Origin: Scyliorhinus canicula
Lineage: Eukaryota
Direction of reading: 5' to 3'
DNA length: 64,000 bases
Assembly (NCBI RefSeq): GCF_902713615.1
Contig: NW_024055470.1
Coordinates: forward strand, 62,001-126,000
Shown here in pieces: positions 59,421-64,000 of this stretch. How positions within the stretch are numbered: position 1 is the stretch's first letter; each line of letters starts with the position of its first letter. The notes below the pieces were generated by a model. It had not been told where the DNA came from. It ran no database searches and saw only the letters and a program-made list of their open reading frames with translations. The translations under genes were made by a program, and so were the position numbers.

Positions 59421-59687
59421 CGACGGTTGGGTATAGCTCAGGAGATTGGAAAGCCAGAAGGGTCTGGATTCCTGTTCCAGCTCTGGAGTGGTTGCGGCCT
59501 GCCTCCTAGTGAAGTTGCAATGGATTGGACCTACCTTCCGACAGATAGCGCCAGAGAAAGAAGTAACGAGAAGAATCCAGATTTGGATAGTCAGTTCTCA
59601 TTCCTGACATCGATGTTTTCACATACAAATCAATGACCTTAAATCCATTCAGAAACCCCCATTGTGAACCGGATTGGACAGAATCCT

Positions 59688-59767
59688 CCAGCAGATGGCG
59701 CAAAGTCCAGGCATGATAGTTAGAAAGTCACATGAGACCAAAGCCAGTCGTATATTCAGTGATGTCA
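59688..59767 (+). promoter_or_regulatory. V promoter: CTCF core plus CRE decamer
   Basis: CCAGCAGATGGCGC (59688-59701) and AGTGATGTCA (59758-59767). Confidence 0.72.
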
Positions 59768-59874
59768 CAGTGGGCCTGGCTCCCGTGCTGCCACATCGTG
59801 TCTGGGTGGGACATTGAGCTCAACAGAGCCCGAGTTCCCTTGCTTCTCTCAATCACTGAGAGATTCAGTCAGAC

Positions 59875-59908
59875 ATGTTTCTAATAATACTGGCGGGGCT
59901 CTTGCATA
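59875..59908 (+). pseudogene. Orphan family-A V leader exon with mutated donor
   Basis: gagattcagtcagacATGTTTCTAATAATACTGGCGGGGCTCTTGCATA|TTAAGT; paralog of 53020; no V exon follows. Confidence 0.8.
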
Positions 59909-60129
59909 TTAAGTACTGGATGATGCACCATGGGACCCGTGCTCTCTGGTTGTGACTTCTAAAGAAATAAAATGAATTTAAATGGATTCTGACCCTTCTT
60001 TTCTGATATGAAAGAGTAAACGCAAATCACGAACAGGCCTCACTCATTGCAGCATATCCATGGAAGTGTTACTAAAATGCCTGCTCTCGGATAACTGCAC
60101 AGGCTACACACTTTCAGAATCACCCGGCA

Positions 60130-60168
60130 TGTTTTTGTACAGCGCTGAATGGCCTTGAGTTCACTGTG
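60130..60168 (-). promoter_or_regulatory. 23-RSS, near-consensus
   Basis: CACAGTG + 23 nt + ACAAAAACA. Confidence 0.95.
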
Positions 60169-60674
60169 CCTCACTGCACAGAGATAGGTGGCGGCGTCTG
60201 TCACTCGAACGTCACTAACATTCAGAGAGCTGTGTTACTCTGCTGAAATGAACCGAGCTGTGATCCGGCCCTGATCGCTGCTCCCGCTCGCCGGGTGCTG
60301 CATGGTTCCATCCGGGTATTGTCTGTACCATTGGAGGATATTTCCTGCTACTGTGGTGGAACAGGCCAAGGATGCAATGTCTCCCTCGGGAACCACCATT
60401 GACTCTGGAGACTGCGATAACTCGTCACTGCCAGCGGCATCTGAGATGTAAAATAACATGAATAATTTAATATCACACAGACGGCGAGAATATGATATAG
60501 CACAATCAACTACAACATGACATAACAATATATACAATAAAGGAAACTGTACGTCCCTATAACATGACATGTCTGATGTGTGACATATTCCTGCCAGATA
60601 TAGTGATTACACTCACACGGAGAGAAGAGTAAGAAATTCAGGGAGATAATCACTAAAGTGAAGCTCAGCTTCAT
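60169..60674 (-). pseudogene. TCR V-alpha-like gene with a single nonsense codon
   Basis: Leader 60674-60617 MKLSFTLVIISLNFLLFSP + GTGAGT; V exon 60440-60169 AAGSDELSQSPESMVVPEGDIASLAC...LQWYRQYPDG...ISAE*HSSLNVSDVRVTDAATYLCAVR; TAA at 60235-60237. Confidence 0.92.
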
Positions 60675-60874
60675 GTTGGATCCTATCGATCTCTGTTCAG
60701 TAGCTCTCGGTAGTGTTCAGGACCAGAGACAATACCGCGGAGGCAGCGCTGTTGTCCATCAAACTGAGTCTAACACCAACTGCACCGTGCCCGCCCGAGC
60801 CGGGTCTCAGGGGCTTGTGATCACAAAGTGAAGCTGTGAAGGAGATTCAGCATTGGATGGGGTGTGGGTCAAAG

Positions 60875-60977
60875 AATGCGCATGCGCAGAGCACCGCCTA
60901 TGTGGAGTCAGACTGAGGACACGTGTGATGTTTTCCTGCAGATTGAGTTACGTAAGTCTGTAAACTGAGTGACGTCA
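60875..60977. promoter_or_regulatory. NRF1-like palindrome and perfect CRE decamer upstream of V 60674
   Basis: tgcgcatgcgca (~60877-60888) and AGTGACGTCA (60968-60977). Confidence 0.55.
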
Positions 60978-61349
60978 GTGGGACTGGTTGAAGAGTCAAA
61001 AATATCTTTCCCGGAGCTGATCTGAACAGCCAGCCCTGAGTTTTAGAGAATTAACAGCTGATCAGAAATAGCAAGGCTGGATTACCCTGGAGACTGGTTT
61101 GATGACGGATCTGTCGGTCGGATCGGATTCTGCGGTGTATTTTTACTGCCGCTGCTGGTAACAGGTGGGTTAGTTTCATTCGAGGTTAATGTGGTCCCCT
61201 CCCCCGCCCGGTGTGGGTTTGTGTGGCTGACATCGCCGCTGCTCGATGGCTCCACATCATGTCTGCATCTGCCCGAGATTCTGTCGAAACTCCAACAGAC
61301 AGGAGCTCTAAGACACAGTGCAAAATACGGGACTGTTGTCCACCATGAA

Positions 61350-61790
61350 CTCAGTCTGTGAGTCCTGCTCCTGAGTAACTATTCAGAGCCACTTTCTCTA
61401 TCCAGAGATGGAGGGAGGTTTGGCTGCCTGAGCGGTGCTGTTGCTGTTTTGTTTTTTGCCTCACTGCTTGTCTGCTGACATGAGTAACATAGCACAAGTG
61501 AAAGACTGAAACTTTCTCCTGAACACCACACGGACTGCAGCGGTTCAAGAAGGCAGCGTCAAAGGTTAAACTAAAAGCAACTACATCTTCTGTCTTAACA
61601 TCAGGCAGCAGTAGCCGAGAAACAGAATTCACATCACTCAGATCAGAAATACATGCTGAAACAGGAAATAATCATATGTTTAAAATTCCGATTGAAACCA
61701 TGATTTCAAATGCGATGAAATGTGTTTGTTCCACAATTACTTTCCGAAATGCCCCGCCTGCACCAGCCCCATACAACCCAGATGGCCGCA
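61350..61790 (-). pseudogene. Possible highly decayed V relic
   Basis: Donor GTAATT at ~61740, ~85-nt intron, acceptor tttcctgtttcag; NSVS..., SGSQTSLHLWIEKV; CACAGAC heptamer-like. No conserved Cys/Trp intact. Confidence 0.35.
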
Positions 61791-62527
61791 TTGTCGCCGT
61801 CTGATTTGTAAAGGTTGAAATTCGAAGCAACACCTTCTATTCCGCACCATCAAGAATCGGTTGTCTTTCTCAGCATTTTCTCACTTCACTTTCTTGCGTC
61901 TCCAATGATGGTTTAAGACCTGTAGGTGGGGAACTGCCCGTCAGTGAATGGGAACAATCCGAGCTGGGATACAATCAGTACCTTATAAGAAGAATCGCTG
62001 CATATTTCCAGACGGGGTTAGGGATGGGTTTACTGGTCTGGTTATTGTAGGACGGGAACACATGTTTGTGAATTGTGTCAGAAAAACAATAAACAGACAC
62101 TCGAAAGGAGAATTAATATTCGAGGGACTCTGACCTTGGCGTTTGTTATAAAGTCTGCAACCACTGCCTCATGAAATGTGCTAATTTTCTACAAATGTCT
62201 GTGAACCAATAAAATACACCAGTCATCCAGACTCTGTGTATCGACTTTGATCAAAGGGTCCTAGAAGGGGAGAACTGAGATGGAGAAAGGTTCACACAAT
62301 AATTCAGACAGAAATGGAAAGATCATAAACAGACTAAATGTGAGTTAACGAACCATAAATTAACTTGTGAAATTCATTTCAGTACAAATGCAAGTTATAA
62401 ACTAACGAATATAAGTATTCAGTTCCTGCTCACTTGTTCGTATTGAGTGTTGTGTTTGATTTTGATGTTGTATTAATGAGCCTGTGACCCTCACAGGCTG
62501 AGTAGTTGTGTCCGTCTACCATTGTGA

Positions 62528-62562
62528 GAGCGCCCTCTGCTGCGAAATAACTGGAACTCCCA
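62528..62562 (-). promoter_or_regulatory. CTCF-like site downstream of the RSS
   Basis: tgggagttcc-agttattt-cgcagcagagggcgctc. Confidence 0.7.
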
Positions 62563-62567
62563 GTGCG

Positions 62568-62607
62568 AGTTCATGTACGGGACCCGCTATAACTCTGCAG
62601 CAGTGTG
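62568..62607 (-). promoter_or_regulatory. Non-consensus RSS (CACACTG, 24-nt spacer, ACATGAACT)
   Basis: Direct reading. Confidence 0.75.
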
Positions 62608-63042
62608 GGCTCCATCGCGCAGAAATATACGGCACTGTCGGAGAGATCAGCTCCGGCGATATTTAAAGGAACCGTTTGGTTTTCTTTGTGTAAAACAGCC
62701 GAGAACCTGGCTGGGAAATCTGGAGACTTATCTGAACTGCCCGTGCTATATATTTTCATTACATTCCTCGGAGGATCCCCGCAACACTGAATGTACCAGA
62801 ACAGAGTGTTAAAAACAGCTGTCGAGTATCTACAGTCCAGGTTAATGCTCTGTCCTTCCAGAACCGTTATCTCAGATCGATCCTGGGACACTGATTCTTC
62901 ACCATTTGTTCCTGGAACAAAACACAAAATGTACTCAGTATCTGGGAGTAAAGATAACACACAGAACACATGGTGAACATTTAAACATCGACTCACCGGG
63001 AAGCATGGCCATTATTATCAGTAACCAACATGGGGAACACAT
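62608..63042 (-). CDS. Open-frame TCR V gene (alpha/delta-like): leader 63042-62997, V exon 62911-62608
   Basis: MCSPCWLLIIMAMLP-G-TNGEESVSQDRSEITVLEGQSINLDC...LFWYIQCCGDPP...DSAVYFCAMEP; canonical GTGAGT/ccag splice sites. Confidence 0.92.
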
Positions 63043-63890
63043 GGTGTCTGGATTAGAGTTCGACAGAAATAAATCCGATTTGAAATTTGTTCTGGTATTA
63101 AAGCAGAAATTCAGATCAGGAGAATCTTCACTGACTGGGAGACTGAGGGGCGTTTCCCAGCGACATGATTGGCTGGTCTGTCGACCCTGATGACAGTTGG
63201 GCGCCAATCAGTGTTAGTCCTGGACGAATAATATCTTCTGATTCTCTCCTTCTCCCTGTCTTTCTCTGTCCCTCCATCTCTGTCTTTGTCTCAAGGTCTG
63301 CCCCGCCCTATCGCTCGGTCTCTATATATCTGTTTCCCCTTCCTCTGTTTCTGACCCTCTCTCACACACTTCCTCTGCCTCTTTCTTCCCTTTTCCTTGA
63401 AGTTCAGACTGGAGAAAACCCAATTCGTCCAACTTCCTCATTTCAAGGAGTTCATCAAAGTGTTCAGTTAATAGGAGCAGCTGAAAAAGGTAAAATATAA
63501 TAGCCACAGCTCAGGATTAGGATAAACATGGCATCAGTTACATTTAGATCCCAAAATAATACAGGATATTTGTGTGAATTATGGCCATATTAACATATTT
63601 TCGATGTATTGGTATTTTAGAGTCAGGATCTCATCGAGATCTCCGTGATTTCATATTGTTTAAAACCAGCATCCTTAAACAATGTGACTGAGATATCACA
63701 CTAAACAACGGTATTCGGCAGGATTTAAAGAAAATCTGGAATTAGCTCCATGTATAACTTTATAATCATTGAAATAAATTGCAATAATAAAAATATGAAC
63801 CAAAAATAATGTTACGTCATTATACATCAACATCCTTCAGTAATTTGAGAATTCGATAATTTTCCAGGAAAGCGCCATATACCTCAGATC

Positions 63891-63906
63891 GCCACCAGAT
63901 GGAGCT
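63891..63906 (+). promoter_or_regulatory. CTCF-like core
   Basis: GCCACCAGATGGAGCT. Confidence 0.5.
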
Positions 63907-64000
63907 CGCTCACCATGTTTTTCTGTTCACTGCACTCGGTATAGGAGAGACAACATGGTGTTTGTGCGACGAGTCTCGTCATCCAAGGCGTCAAATGGAT

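Noticed and set aside
49212-63042. IgH-like, NAR-TCR or TAILV identity for any V segment
   Set aside because: No IgH-type FR motifs (e.g. WVRQ...GLEW), no adjacent D segments and no supporting-V architecture visible.
63322-63507. Charged, coiled-coil-like ORF after a good minus-strand acceptor
   Set aside because: Second half is low-complexity and no family could be recognised; left uncalled pending a search.

Overview
Vertebrate genomic DNA from a cartilaginous fish (the repeat content is catshark-like; the species is an inference). Left half (1-31 kb): a minus-strand C2H2 zinc-finger gene (~19 fingers, one 1-bp frameshift) with a CpG/NRF1-type promoter at ~14.5-15 kb, an internally deleted L1, a near-intact full-length CR1, two solo LTRs of one family, many SINEs, several minisatellites, and an intact two-exon GPR139-like GPCR. 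Right half (34-64 kb): the edge of a T-cell-receptor V-gene array, most likely alpha/delta. It has 23-bp-spacer RSSs, V segments in both orientations, two open-frame V genes, several V pseudogenes, CRE decamers and CTCF-like motifs. Between two oppositely oriented, 5'-truncated V segments lies a ~14.6-kb, six-unit tandem array. A complete unit carries three tRNA genes: an intron-containing tRNA-Pro(UGG), a tRNA-Val(CAC), and a decayed tRNA-Pro(AGG) with a second, unrelated intron. A 2.85-kb satellite with a head-to-head inversion abuts the first V fragment. The best candidates for new biology are the intron-bearing tRNA-Pro family amplified inside an antigen-receptor locus and the RSS-linked and promoter-linked CTCF motifs. 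All coordinates and alignments were read by eye; no searches were run.
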